Below, piece by piece: positions 38,411-51,752 of a stretch of DNA of 64,000 bases. Source of the stretch: Octopus sinensis (Eukaryota); assembly GCF_006345805.1 (NCBI RefSeq), contig NC_042998.1:6262001-6326000 (forward strand), written 5' to 3'. Position 1 is the stretch's first letter; every line of letters begins with the position of its first letter. The notes under the pieces were generated by a model that was not told where the DNA came from, searched no databases, and saw nothing but the letters and a program-made list of their open reading frames with translations. The translations under genes and the position numbers were made by a program.

Positions 38411-40680
38411 TACTTTACAAAAAAGTGTCACAGACAAGTGGAATGCCTTTAACCAGGTCAGGACTTGTCTAAAGTTAAATGAATCAGGTCTTAAAAGCTC
38501 CTTTCGGAATCGCAAAAATATAACAAGCAACAGATAATACGCTATTTAACAAAAATAGAAGTGAAATATAAAAATATATTTCACAAAAATACACAAAACC
38601 ATTACAAGTGCAGGTATGGTCTGTGTTCATTCCTCATCAACACTTGACAACTGGTGTTGGTGTGTTTATGTCCCTGTGACTTAGCAGTTCAGCAAAGGAG
38701 ACCAAGAGGATAAGTACCAGGCTAAACTAGGCTTAAAAATAAGTACCAGGGTCAATTCTTTTAACAAAAAGTCTTCATGGTAGTGCCCTAGCATGACCAC
38801 AGTCAAATGACTGAAACAAGTAAAAGGAATAAAAGAATCTGTACGTAACTATAAAGGCAGTGCTCCTGCGTGGCCACAGTTCAATGGCTGAAACCAATAA
38901 GCAAATAATGTTATAGGCAGGCAACTGCATTATACGTCTTAATCATAGTTGTGTGAACTTAGATTTGAGCTGAAAAACAGTGGGCCATCATTGTGTCCAA
39001 TTAACCAAATTTTACTAAGCACATCAATACATATGAGAGAGGGGAGAGAGAAAGAGAGGAGGGGGTGATAAATGGTAGAAGAGTAGAAACATCTTTCAAG
39101 TAACTATGATGTAATCATGAGGAAGACACACACACACACACATTCACACACACCATTCACACATAACAACTTATTGTGTTTGGCTGGTAAAACTGATTTC
39201 ATTCCTACTTCATGCATGATTGGTCAGCAATTGGAGGGTTGGGTATCTGACTGCTAAAACAAAAACGAATGCCACAATGTGAAAATAATTACATTTGCAA
39301 AGCCCATCCTACATTTGCTACCAAGAAACAAAAACACCTATGAGAAAAGAACATCCATAAATGCACAAACAGACATACACACACACACGTTGTACACTTT
39401 GAAAAACAAGCATTAACCCTTGAAGAAGCCGGAGCCAATTTTAAGAGATTCTGTCAAAAACATATCTAAATCTCAACAAAAAAAGAAAAACAAAAATTAT
39501 ATACAAATTATTTAATATATTAGCTCTGTCATTTTTCTAGTGAAAAGACAAAAAAAAAAGCAGTCCAATTGTCTTTCTTCTAAGGTGAGAATAGATATTT
39601 TGCGTTTGACAAGGATTTATTCTTGTTAGCTTGAAGGACAATGAGAAAGCTAAGAGATGTATTAATGGGTCTGTGAGCTTTTGTGCCATGTGTGAGGATG
39701 CTAAAATCAAAGTAAAAATTACCAATGTATTAGTTCAGTGAGGAATTTTAGTGAATAGAAGAATATCCCAAATACTTCAACATCAGCAGATTTTTCTTTT
39801 TCTTCAATTCAGTATTTACGCTGATACAGCTGTTTGAAGATAGATGGCCCTAGGAATTACTGTACAGTAAATGGCATGGTGCCTATTAAAAAGTATGTCA
39901 AACAACTGCAGCAGAAAGCTTAAATGCATAAGCTCATGTTCTAACTGAAAGTACTAAGGTACTAACAGTAAATTCTACAGATATGTAACGGCAGCAGGAA
40001 AACAACAATCTTCATTATCATCATTGCCATTTTACACCCATCTTCTATGCTGGCATGGGTTGGATGGTTTGATAGCAGCTGATGAAACAGAGGTCTGTAT
40101 CAAGACTTGATGTCTGTTTTGGCATGTTTTTTTTATGACTGGATGCATTTCTAAATATCAACCCTTTCAACAGAGAGGGTAGTGGATGTTTTTTTTACTT
40201 GGCACCAGCGTAAGTGAGGTCAACAAGTAATTCATAAAATGCAAAACCTCTCAAATGGGGGTTGCAGTATTGAGCAAGACAGCTTTATGCCAAGGGGATT
40301 CTGTGGTCATTCAGTACAAGATAAAAAGAAGCCCCAATGGACCTGTGGTAAAATCATACCGTTCCAAATTATGGTCGTCTCATAGCATCTCACAGCAAAG
40401 CTTAAGGTAATGCAATGCTTTTACACCAATAAGATTCTCACTGTACAACAGATGAGCAACACGGAGAGGATAAAATAAATGAGTGTTTGATAGCTAGAGA
40501 GTAAACATTAAAAATATGCAGTGAGATATATATATATGCACAACCCATACCAGCTGGACCATAAGCATTAGGTGATGATGATGATGATGATGATGATGTT
40601 TGGAAATGAGTAACACTGAATACTAGAAATCAGAACCTTTCAGTTAGAATGTATTAAAGAATGCTCTATATTTGTATTAA

Positions 40681-40880
40681 CCCTTTCGTTACCAACCCAG
40701 CTGAAACCGGCTCTGGCTCTGAGTACAAATGCCTTGTTTTCGTAAGTTTGAATTAAAATCTTCCACCAAACCTTAGTCACAATTTATGGTTCCTAACACT
40801 AGCTGAATGATAACTAAGTTATATTGAAAGTAACTGAAAAAATCAGAGAACATCTCAAAATAAATACAGAAGAGAGAGGG
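40681..40880. mobile_element. piggyBac-type MITE P1, inverted relative to the 997 copy
   Basis: TTAA|CCCTTTCGTTAC ... GAGGG|TTAA. Confidence 0.85.
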
Positions 40881-41174
40881 TTAAGTCCTCTAATTTATCA
40901 CTCCTGGTGAACCAATATTAGATTTATATATGTATGGAAGATGGGTTAACACCAAACTTTGGTACTGAAACCTATACCAATCTGCCAAACTGGATACCAC
41001 TGCATAGCAGCAAGAGTTTCACTTGCTAAATCTACCGTATTTGTCTTCGACAGCAGTTTTATTCTCAAATACCAGCTGAACCGAAATCAAAGCAAGCAGC
41101 ACAAGAGAGGGCAGCACTATCCAACTCCCACATTTCATCAAAACCAAACACAGAGAAGGTCACTGAAATGAAAT

Positions 41175-41560
41175 GAGTGGCTGTGTGGTAAGTAGCTTGT
41201 TTACCAATCACATGGTTCCGGGCTCAGTCCCACTGCGTGGCACCTTGGGCAAGTGTCTTCTGCTATAGCCTCGAGCCGACAGAAGCCTTGTAAATGGATT
41301 TGGTAGACGGAAACTGAAAGAAGCCTGTCGTATATATGTATATATCTGTATGTGTGTGTATGTTTGTGTGTCTGTGTTTGTCCCCCACAACATCGCTTGA
41401 TGCTGGTGTGTTTATGTCCCGTCACTTAGTCGTTCGGCAAAAGAGACTGATAGAATAAGTACTGGGCTAACAAAAGATAAGTCCCAGGGTCGAGTTGCTC
41501 GATGAAAGGCAGTGCTCCAGCGTGGCTGCCGTCAAAATGACTGAAACAAGTAAAAAAGAG
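41175..41560 (+). mobile_element. SINE S1
   Basis: S1 consensus. Confidence 0.9.
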
Positions 41561-42909
41561 AAAGAGAGAAACCAAAATAAATGGTACCAATGGTAGCACC
41601 CCAGCATGGCTACAAACCTTTGGCTTTTGGCTGAAACAAGTAAAACTGGAAGCTAAAAGACAACAAAGAAACGCATAAATATATTCATAGAGAAATACTC
41701 ACTGTGCCAAATAAACTAAGGCTGTTTTAAAAGAGCTTACAAATGCCATAATGCATTGCATAGCTTGGCAAAAAGCAAAAATTTAAGGGTGTTTTTTTTT
41801 AAAAAAAAAAAAAATGACAAAAATTTAAACAAAACTGATCTGGTGGTTCAGGTAAAAAGCAGGAACTATCACTACATAAATAGTTGCATGACCAACTGCA
41901 TTTGAATGCAACATGAAAATACAATAAACACCCTAACAAGATGTGCACAAAAACAACATAGTCAGTGATAAGCATTTCTCTATCGCAAGCATGAATGGAG
42001 GCTGTTCTATCCTGTTTCTTTATGCCATAAATCATTAATGGAGATTTCCAAACCTGCACATGTGAACCAGTCAAATACCTTGTCACTTTAAAAAGAAAAA
42101 AAAGATAAAATCAAAAAAGAATTTTAAAAAAACTAACAACACCTTTTCCAGAAAGAATCGCTGCAGAATGGACTTTTCGCTCATGTGAACATAAGAGTGG
42201 TTAAATGTTGTATTTTGACACAAAAGGCAGCAAAGTTTGAAAGGCTGCTGCTGCCGCTGCAGTTGGTGCTGTTGTTGTTGTTGGCGGTGGTGGTGATAAG
42301 GGAGGGGGTAATGGTGGTGGTAACAACTACAACAACAACAATGGCACTACTATTAGTAGAGAAGAAAAGCGAAAGTGAAACAAAGGTTAAGCAGGTGGAA
42401 GGGCACACACATCAGATTTAACAACAACAGACAAAATGCACAAGAGATGTCCAAAATACAAGAATAAAATTGTCATTATCACCACCATCTTCACCCAATG
42501 AAAATGCTGTGACTTTAGCTGCCAATATAGGATTATGGCATGGTTTACCACGGCATAAAATAATCACCCAAATAAGAGAAACATCAGAAAAACAAATGAT
42601 TACACATCAAATTCTCCTTCTGGTATAAGTGCAAGTGTAGTCGTGGGGTAAGAAGTTTGTTTCTCAACCACATGATTGTGGGTTCAGTCCCACTGCATGA
42701 CACCTTGTGCAAGTGTCTTCTACTATACCCTAAGGCCAACCAATGCATTGTGAGTGGATTTGGTAGGTGGAAACTGAAAGAAGCCCATTGTGTGTTTGTT
42801 CTTGTCCCACATCACCTCTTGACAACCTGTGTTTGTTTCTTTCCATCTCTATAACTTAGCAGTTTGGCAAAAACAGGTCAACAGACTAAGTACCACACTT
42901 CAAAACATA

Positions 42910-43060
42910 TGAGGAGGTGCTAAAAAGTTCCTGGCGTAAAGGGCATATCGAAAAGCATGGCTGGTGGGCCAACCTTCCAAGTTTTTTTTACAGGTTTAGT
43001 AAAACTGAAGGACCACCGCAATAAGTGTGTGAATCTGAGAGGGGAATATGTTGGATAAAA
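42910..43060 (+). mobile_element. Short deleted mariner remnant
   Basis: TA|TGAGGAGGTGCTAAAAAGTTCC TIR-like end joined to C-terminal KLKDHRNKCVNLRGEYV. Confidence 0.55.
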
Positions 43061-43169
43061 TCATAATTAATTGATCCTCCTGTATTTTCTTTTATCCATA
43101 TATATACACACACAGACACATATATTTATACACACACACACACACATATGTGTGTGTGTGTGTGTGTGT

Positions 43170-43425
43170 GTATATATGAATTTTTTGCGAAATAAGATTA
43201 AAAAAACCCAAGGGTGTATAGATATTGGAGCATTTATAGACAGAAGGTCTTACAGCTGTTTCTAGGATATTAATTAATAATATCCCCTCATCGGAGACGG
43301 TGTGAGAAGGGATATTATTAATTAATATCCTAGAAACAGCTGTAAGACCTATCTATAAATGCTCCAATATCTATACAGCCTTGGTTTTTTTTATTTTATT
43401 ACGCAAAATATAATTCTTATATACA
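43170..43425. mobile_element. Palindromic family-A hammerhead element between microsatellites
   Basis: Arms ~43201-43287 and 43309-43390 are near-perfect reverse complements. Confidence 0.8.
43247..43298 (-). ncRNA. Minimal type-I hammerhead ribozyme, family A, CCGAUGA core variant
   Basis: GTCT-CCGATGA-GGGGATATT..AATATCCTA-GAAAC-AGCT-GTA-AGAC; stem I GUCU/AGAC perfect. Confidence 0.7.
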
Positions 43426-43555
43426 CACGCTGAGATAGAACCAGCATTGAACCCTTTATTCGCAATATTACCGAATCTGGAACTTAACTATGGTCTGTCT
43501 ATAGCACTTATTCAACATTACCTGACACCTTTGGGTCTCAATGATACCATTATCT

Positions 43556-43593
<38 letters not shown>

Positions 43594-44322
43594 TAGCACA
43601 AGCTACTCTGCATATAGCCACACACACACACATTCACCCATGTTCGCACGCGAATATCAAGCAACACATTCAATGAAACTATTCTTGCCTTCTAGAATCA
43701 TTAAATTAAGTGCAATACATTAATCAGGACATCAAAACAAAACAGAATGATGATCAGATATAGTGGATATAAAAATCTTATCCTATCTAATTTAGAAATA
43801 ACATTTCCTTGTTCAAATCCAGTCAAGGAGTATGTGGATATCCAAAAGGAAAATATTTAATGATCGCTGAAGATAAACCAATCAAAATATAATGTAGATG
43901 TAAATATTCACAATACTGATGAACATTTCATCTCGAAAGATGAAGTTAATAGACTGTAAAACTATAATCGCATTAACCACAACTAATCACAGACATTTAA
44001 TCGGCTAGAGTTAGTCGTTGTAACGATAGACGGTGCAGACAATGCTTAGTTTAACGAATCAAAGAAAAGGAAACTCACAGACTAACCTAATTATGTTCGT
44101 TTTACTTTATTTCATTTAACAAAGATTTATGTTGTGGAACTGCAATCGTTTTTGGTATAATAAACAATGTATAATTAATAATTAGTGTTTCTTCATGCAA
44201 TTTTGTTATGACATGCCTATATTGGAGAAACATAGTAATAACTATCTCATCAATTTTTACATGCTTGCATGCGTTAGATGTGATTGACTGAAACAGATTT
44301 TTTTTTCACAGCCGGATGCTCT

Positions 44323-44748
44323 GGATCTTCTCGGTTTGAACGGCAGTTTTTTCTAGCGGTGTCATATGAAATTGTCACCCATAATTATGACCCTAGTATC
44401 GATCTATTGCATTTCAATCTATCTTAGGGTTAGGGTTGGTTAGGGTTAGGGGTGAGGGGAAGGGTATCTTTTTTTTCTTCATAAATGTAAATAAACCCAA
44501 TCTGTTTCTTAAACGAGGGACATATTCATACGGCACAGAATGTTTTTACCTCAATGGACGTCATTGATTGGTTGAAATTGAAGAAATTGAAGAAAAAAAA
44601 AACAAATATCTTACAAACTATAGAATTTTCTCAATAAAGCCAAGAGAAAAAGATGTTTTATAAACACATTCTACCAGTATACGAAGTTTAAAATTTTTTA
44701 GTTACCTAGAAATTATGTTAAAAACTGCCGTTCAAACCGAAAAGATCT
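44323..44748. mobile_element. MITE with 8-bp TSD and internal TTAGGG repeats
   Basis: TIR (G/A)GATCTT(C/T)TCGGTTTGAACGGCAGTTTT; GATGCTCT at 44315-44322 and 44749-44756. Confidence 0.85.
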
Positions 44749-45057
44749 GATGCTCTTTCTGTTTTTAAACAACATAATAATTATATCATTGTCTGGAATA
44801 TTTTTTCACAGAAAACTGCAAAACTAATAAGTTGTTAAGTTTGGCAGTGCAGTTTTTATTTAGTTAGTGCATGATGTTAATTAAATTAAGGAGAAATACT
44901 CTACTACATGAGCACAGATTCTACCACCATAATTTAGCATTTGTTTTCCATGCTAGTATGGATTAGACAGTTTGACTGGAACCGGTAAGTTGGAGAGCTT
45001 CACCAGACTCCAGTCTATTTTAGCTTTGTTTCTACAGCAGGATGTCCTTCCTTATAC

Positions 45058-45284
45058 ATATTTCTTTATTACCCACAAGGGGCTAAACATAGAGGGGACA
45101 AACAAGGACAGACAAAGGGATTAAGTCGATTACATCAACCCCAGTGCGTAACTGGTACTTAATTTATCGACCCCGAAAGGATAAGAGGCAAAGTCGACCT
45201 CAGCGAAATTTGAACTCAGAACGTAACAGCAGACGAAATACGGCCACGCAATTCGCCCGGCGTGCTAACCATTCTGCCAGGTTG
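45058..45284 (-). mobile_element. SINE S2 nested in an old S3 copy (~44925-45410)
   Basis: 10-bp TSD TTCCTTATAC at 45048-45057 and 45285-45294. Confidence 0.9.
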
Positions 45285-45550
45285 TTCCTTATACCATCCA
45301 CTCCACAGGGTGTAGTGGGTGTCTTTTACATACCAGCATCATGAATACCTTTTATATGTCACTGGCATGGGTGCCTTTTGCACATTACCACCACTGGCCA
45401 TGACTAAGATTTAACTTAGCTTGGTGTATACATATTCTATGAGCTTCTTTACAGTTTCCACCTACAAAATTCACTCAAAAAATCTTGGTCAATTTGGGCC
45501 TACAAGTACTAGATTCTGTTTTACTGCAAGAATGAACCCAAAACCACATA

Positions 45551-46104
45551 TTGGGTTGTCCGTAAAGTTTGTGCCGATTTATAGTAGTTTACCTTTCAAA
45601 TTATTTTAGAACATGGCTGAGTCCATAACATAGGATTTGACTACACCTCCATGTAGAGCACAGTTTAAGCTATCTTTTTGCGGAAGAAAGTTTATGTTCC
45701 TATAACCAGTGTTAATTCTGTAACCCTTTAAAATGGAAGATAAGGAAGTTCATTTTCGGCACTTGATGCTTTGGGAACCAGACAAAAATTGCTGCAGCTC
45801 GGCTGGGATGTGTTACCCCACCCTCCATATTCACCAGATATTGCTCCTTTGGATTTCCACTTGTTCAGGTCTCTGCAGAACAGTCTTAATGGTAAAAATT
45901 TCAATTCCTTGGATGACGTAAAAAGATACCTTGATGAATTCTTTGCCATGAAACCACCTCAATTCTGGGAAGAGGGTATTTTCAAGATAAAGGAAAGATG
46001 GAGACATATTGTGCAACAAAATGGTTGATTAAAAATGTAATGCAAATATTTATTGACCTTTTTCTTTCCTTTAAAAATTGGCATGAACTTTCCGGACAAC
46101 CCAA
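45551..46104 (+). mobile_element. Internally deleted mariner, mellifera-subfamily-like
   Basis: TA TSD; TIRs TTGGGTTGTCCGTAAAG / CTTTCCGGACAACCCAA; N-terminal MEDKEVHFRHLMLWE joined out of frame to GWDVLPHPPYSPDIAPLDFHLFRSLQNSL. Confidence 0.95.
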
Positions 46105-46902
46105 TAGTTTTGAAGGAGGGTACTTCACTTCATTTTACTGAGTAAATAAAAGCATACCACATTGAGATATGTTATGGACAAAGGATGTGAAACAAAAGAC
46201 TAGAAAGAAGCGGTAGGAAGAAATAATACTTTAAAACCTAATTTTCATACAAAAGATGAGATATGTAAAGAGCATGAAATGCTGTTTATTAGTGAATATG
46301 ATAAGATAAATTTTCCATGCCATAGGAGGAGGTAAATGCTGACTTTCTAGAAGGTTCTTCATGCGAAAAATCGCATACCTCATTTCTTTAAGTTTCTAAA
46401 CTGAAACATCAGAACACATTCGTCTCCACAGAAAACAATTTATTTAGAAGATATTATTAACTTGTTTTACCAACATGGACTGTTACTAGACTCCTTGAAC
46501 TTTAGATATTAATTATTGTTGTTCTAGTTGTTGATTAGAAGCATGTTAGTCTTGATGCCAATGGTCAATGATTAATGGTGTTTTACCTTTGACGAATACC
46601 TTTTCTTTTCATCATTCCTTCATCGTTTTTACCTGTCAGGCACAGCTTATCTTTGATAGTTTACTTTGCATCAGTCACTGGACAGCAGCCATGCTGAGAT
46701 TCAGCTCAGAGGGTTTGGCCAAACAAATCATCCTCAGAACTCGTGTTTTTAAGTCTGGTACTTATTCTATCAGGCTCCTTCGTCAAACTGCTAAGTTATG
46801 AGGACATAAACAAACCAATATTGGCTGGCAAGTGGTGGGGGGATAAACACAAGGATGATCAAACACACACACACACACAAGACGAGCTTTCACATAGTTT
46901 CT

Positions 46903-47312
46903 TATTTCTTTATTGCCCACAAGAGGCTAAATGTAGAAGGGACAAACAAGGACAGACAAAGGGATTAAATCGATTACATCAATTCCAGTGCATAACTGGT
47001 ACTTAATTTATTGACTCCGAAAGGATGAAAGGCAAAGTTGACCTAGGCAGGATTTGAACTCAGAACGTAGCAGCAGACGAAATACCTATTTCTTTACTAC
47101 CCACAAGGGGCTAAATACAGAGGAGACAAACAAGAAGAGACAAATGGATTAAGTTAATTATATCGCCCCCAGTGCTGGTACTTAATTTATCGACCCCGAA
47201 AGGATGAAAGGCAAAGTCGACCTCGGCGGAATTTGAACTCAGAACGTAATGGCAGACGAAATACCGCTAAGCATTTCGTCCAGCGTGCTAACGATTCTGC
47301 CAGCTCGCTGCC
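46903..47312 (-). mobile_element. Dimeric SINE S2
   Basis: Same monomer junction as 30961-31380, near 47085. Confidence 0.85.
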
Positions 47313-47659
47313 TTATTCACTTGCAAGGCATTGAATGACCCAGGAATATGGCAGACGACACTTGCCTGGGGTGCCATGCTATGGCATTGAACCCAAAACC
47401 ACATGGCTACAAAGTGAGTTTCTTTACTACTCAGACATGCCTTCACCTCAGCACAGCTATAACTGCATCATCCAATGTGCTTTCCTTTATTGTCTAGCAT
47501 CATGTTTACCCTATCCAGCCAACAGATGGCAGTGATGGCAGGAGTATTAGCCGCAGTAGCAGCAACAAAGTTACTAATGTCTGTGGATGACAGAGCAATC
47601 ATCACCATCACCATCATCATGATTATTACTGCTATTGTCAGCACCACCATTACCATCAT

Positions 47660-47830
47660 TCTATGTCAGTTTTCCCATGCCTGCCTCCAGCACAGCACCT
47701 CACCCTTTGCTGCAGTGTTTCGTCACCTCCTCTACAAGGTTGTCTCCCTGAGATCAGCCTCCACAACTCTTTCCATGTTTTACAGACTCTTCTCCTTTCA
47801 CAAGCTCCTTTTATTCGAATCAAATGGTAT
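47660..47830 (-). mobile_element. Decayed RTE 3' fragment
   Basis: GACERRRVCKTWKE..EADLRE resembles RTE EG...GRp.ktW.e.v..D. Confidence 0.5.
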
Positions 47831-49820
47831 TTTTTAACAATTCTGATTATGCAGCTATAATAATTAAAGCTGTATGATATCGACCTCACAATCCACCAAT
47901 TCTTGGTTTCTCCCTAAATGAACTCGAAAAGCAATTTTTTCCCACCTTTCTATTGAACTTCAAAACCCTTGCAATCTGTCAGTCACATCCTGAGAATCAC
48001 CGAGTTACACAGGGGCCAAGCAGAGATAACGTGACAACCTATCAAGCTGCAACGTTTAATGTTTACAGGGACAAAAGCTTGTGGCGCCATTCAATAAAAG
48101 AATAGCAGCTAAATATTCCAAACAATGTACACAAAAGGTCTCTGACATAACTAAAGGTAGAGTAGATAAAAGTTGCAATTTATATAATATTTCAAGCTCA
48201 CGGAATTCATACAATAATAAAGTGCTATGGAATTCAACAAGAATTTATAGTGACAGAAGTGTATATACAAGTATGAAATGTAGTTGAAAGCACTATAGCT
48301 ACCTACATACACACACATACATACACATAAATATCTGTATCATATGCTGTATGTAAAAAGATATCAACAACGATGAACTATTGAAAATAGCTTAGGTACA
48401 TATTGAAATAGATTTTCTGTATAAATTCTTTATACAATGAGAAGAACAGAAAGGAAAGGAAAGGGGGAAAAAAAAGTCATTTTCACAAAATAGCATTCTG
48501 GTTTTATAGCCACAGCTGTGATCATGGAGTCTCATTTGTCATTATTTGATAGCCAAGGAAAGCACTTACCCTATGCCTGGGCTTTCAAGCAAACAGGACG
48601 GACTGATATAAATTAACCAACCAAGCGGGAAACATGAGTAGCAGTGTGCGGCAAAGTGTGTGTGTGTGTGTGCATATGATTATGTGTGCATCTGTATATA
48701 TATGTTGCAAGCAGGTGCGCATATACCTTGCTCTATGGAGCATCACATATTCTCGTTTTATTGTGGCAGTCAATGCTATTAGCGACTATGGCTATTATTC
48801 TGTTTCATAGTTAATTGGAAAGCAGACAATTTCAGTATTTAACCATAACAATTTCATAGTACTTACATTGCAGAGTAGTGTGGAGGATGGTGGTGGTGGC
48901 CGGGGGTGGGGGGAGGAACGGGCAGGTGTGGTTGTAGGTGGGGAAGGTGCGGGGTGACAATGGAAAACCATTATGGAATTTCCAGGCTTCCCCTAGCATT
49001 AGCCATCTCACAGCTGACTTCACATGCAATGCACTGTGTTTTAAATGCTTACTGTGGTTCATCCATGCATACAAATGCCAAATGATTGCAAAATTATCTA
49101 TCGATTACTCTACTTATATTTGTATATTCTTTGCAAAACGATTGAAAACTCTGCGAACACGAAGAATGGATCAAAGAGAACAGTGACATAATGATAGGCA
49201 GTCAAGCTTCACAGATACAAATATTAAAGCAGCGTTGCAGTGCTGATTGTATTAGAGGAGATGCTACTAATGTAATGAGGTTACCGAGATAAAGACATCA
49301 GAAAAATCAGATCAGCTCAAATCAATCCGGAGTAACCAGTCTCATAAATAGAGTGGTGGGAGATTATTAGTTAAATGTTAAATAAACTCTATGTAATTTC
49401 CAGGTAATTTCAGCACACTGTTGACTTGTATGGTAACATGTTTGAATGTTTACAATGAAACTGGTATGTTTGCGGTAGAGTTTTGTTAGTGGCTGTGTGA
49501 GGAGTTGACTGAAAAGACAATGCAAATGAATTTGGGATATGAACTTATGTTCTGAATGCCTTGGAAAATTTTATTTCAAGGGAAATGACATAAACTTAAA
49601 TACTGAAGCATGTCATTTTTTTTTTCTTTCTTTTTTTTCCTCTATTATTTGTTTAAGTCATTGGACTGTAGTAGCCATGGTAGGACTCTGCTTTGAAGGG
49701 CTGTGGTCAAACAAATCTTGAAAATAGCTGAGTGTAATATAAGAGAGACATAGCTGCTATTTCTAGCAGACTGAGAGCAATTATGGAAAGGCTTCCCCTA
49801 TTGGCTTGTTTTTTTTTTTT

Positions 49821-50161
49821 GTAAGTCTGCTGCTTTATCAGTCCCCATTGCTCAACTGCTATGTTATGGGGATGTAAACAAAACCAACACTGGTCATCAA
49901 GAGGTGGATGGGAGACAAATGCAAACACAAAGACGTATGCGCTCGCACATGCAAACACCCGCAGACGGGCGAATGGATAGACAGAACAGACATAGATATA
50001 TACAATAGGCTTCTACACAGTTTCCATCTACCAAATCCACTCACAAGGCTTTGGTTGGCCTGAGGCTATAGTAGAAGACACTTCCCCAAGGTGCCACGCA
50101 GTGGGACTGAACTCGGAACCATGTGGTTTGTAAGCAAGCTACTTACCACACAGCCACTCCT
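49821..50161 (-). mobile_element. SINE S1
   Basis: Reverse complement of S1. Confidence 0.85.
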
Positions 50162-51536
50162 ATAGAAAATTCAAGAGGCACAAAGAATTCAAGCAAGGAT
50201 GTACACTGTGTGATGGCTAGACAGCAACTGATGTCCTCCTGCTATTCCCAGCTTGTTGCCCACTGGTGTTGCCAGCTTAGTATGTTCGTCACTTGAGATG
50301 CAAGTTTAAAACCGTTCACAAACCAATTTGTTTGTGATGGGAGGCATTCATAAACCGAAGTTTCACTGTACCTTCTGATGTAATATGAAGATTTATGACA
50401 AAGTATTGCAGAATTAAACAAAATCTTCAGTAAACTGAACAAAATTATTCTTCCTCTTAGTTTTAAAAGACAGACGGAAATTTTGAACTTTTGACAATGA
50501 AAACCAATATTTAACAAACTTCACTTTCTAATTTGATATGATTGCAAAACTTAATACAAGAGGTAAGAGGTGTGGATATTGGTGTATGAAGACTGTGACG
50601 CTTAATACCAGAGATGTTAGCAAAGGAAACTGAAGCAAACAACAAACAGTTTCTTTCAAGTATGAATCCCCAAAGATATTTCATCACTGTTACAGTCAAA
50701 GAGAAACGGTAATAGAAGTCATTCAGGAATATACAGAGCTTCACTCAAATTATAAAATTCTAATACACTAAAGCCTTGTATGTGTGCTCAACGTAATCAA
50801 ATCTGCTAAATACTTCTGAAATTCAGATCCTTTGAAATTTTCACAAGAGACTCAACGTCACTCATATGATCTATAACTGTTAATAAATATAGTAGAGATA
50901 ATTAACACAAATTATCTCAGTTATATATAAGAGCAATTTAAGTTTTCTAATATTAATTAGTGCCAGCTATCTGTATAAAAGTTAATGCAAAAAGAACATC
51001 ACAGAAATAAATGAAATTGAATTAAACAACAGAAGAAAAAGCGTTCTGATGTTTATCTTAGAAACACGGTTTTTATTTAAAATCTAATGACACAAAGTTA
51101 TCAATCATTCTCATATGATTTTCTGACTGGGAAATAGAAAATTTCAACAAAGGAGAAGTAAATATATCTTGTTTGGAATCCTCAGAATGTTAGTGGAGAG
51201 GAGGAGGAACTGCTAAAGGAAAACATCAAGGGAAATCTGTGATGAATGAATATATAAATGTACAACCAAATAATTGTATAATCTTGTGTATTTAAATGGT
51301 TGATACGATACTGTTTCAGTAATTATGGTCAGCACTCTGCTACAATGAGGTCAGAATAACAGGAAAACAAATCTGGATTTGTGTCCCTACATGGCAAAAA
51401 ACAAAATGAAAATCTACTAATACATAATCCTCTTCTGTTTTTCTCCGTCACAAGATATGATTGACCAAGGAAGGGGTGATGACAAACTGAACAGCATCTG
51501 TGTGTGTATATGTATAGTGAATTGGTGACACACATT

Positions 51537-51752
51537 CATCATCATCATCATCGTTTAACGTCCGTTTTCCGCGCTAGCACAGGTTGGACGGTTCGACTGG
51601 GGTCTGGGAAGCCAGGAGGCTGTACCAGGCTCCAGTCTGATCTGGCAGAGTTTCTACAGCTGGATGCCCTTCCTAATGCCAACCACTCTGCGAGTGTAGT
51701 GGGTGCTTTTTACGTGCCACCGGCACAGGTGCCAGGGGAGTCTGGTATTGGC
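51537..51752 (-). mobile_element. SINE S3 fragment
   Basis: (CAT)n plus S3 tail. Confidence 0.85.

Noticed and set aside
44424-44452. TTAGGG run as a telomere or fusion scar
   Set aside because: It is short and internal to a TIR/TSD-defined MITE.
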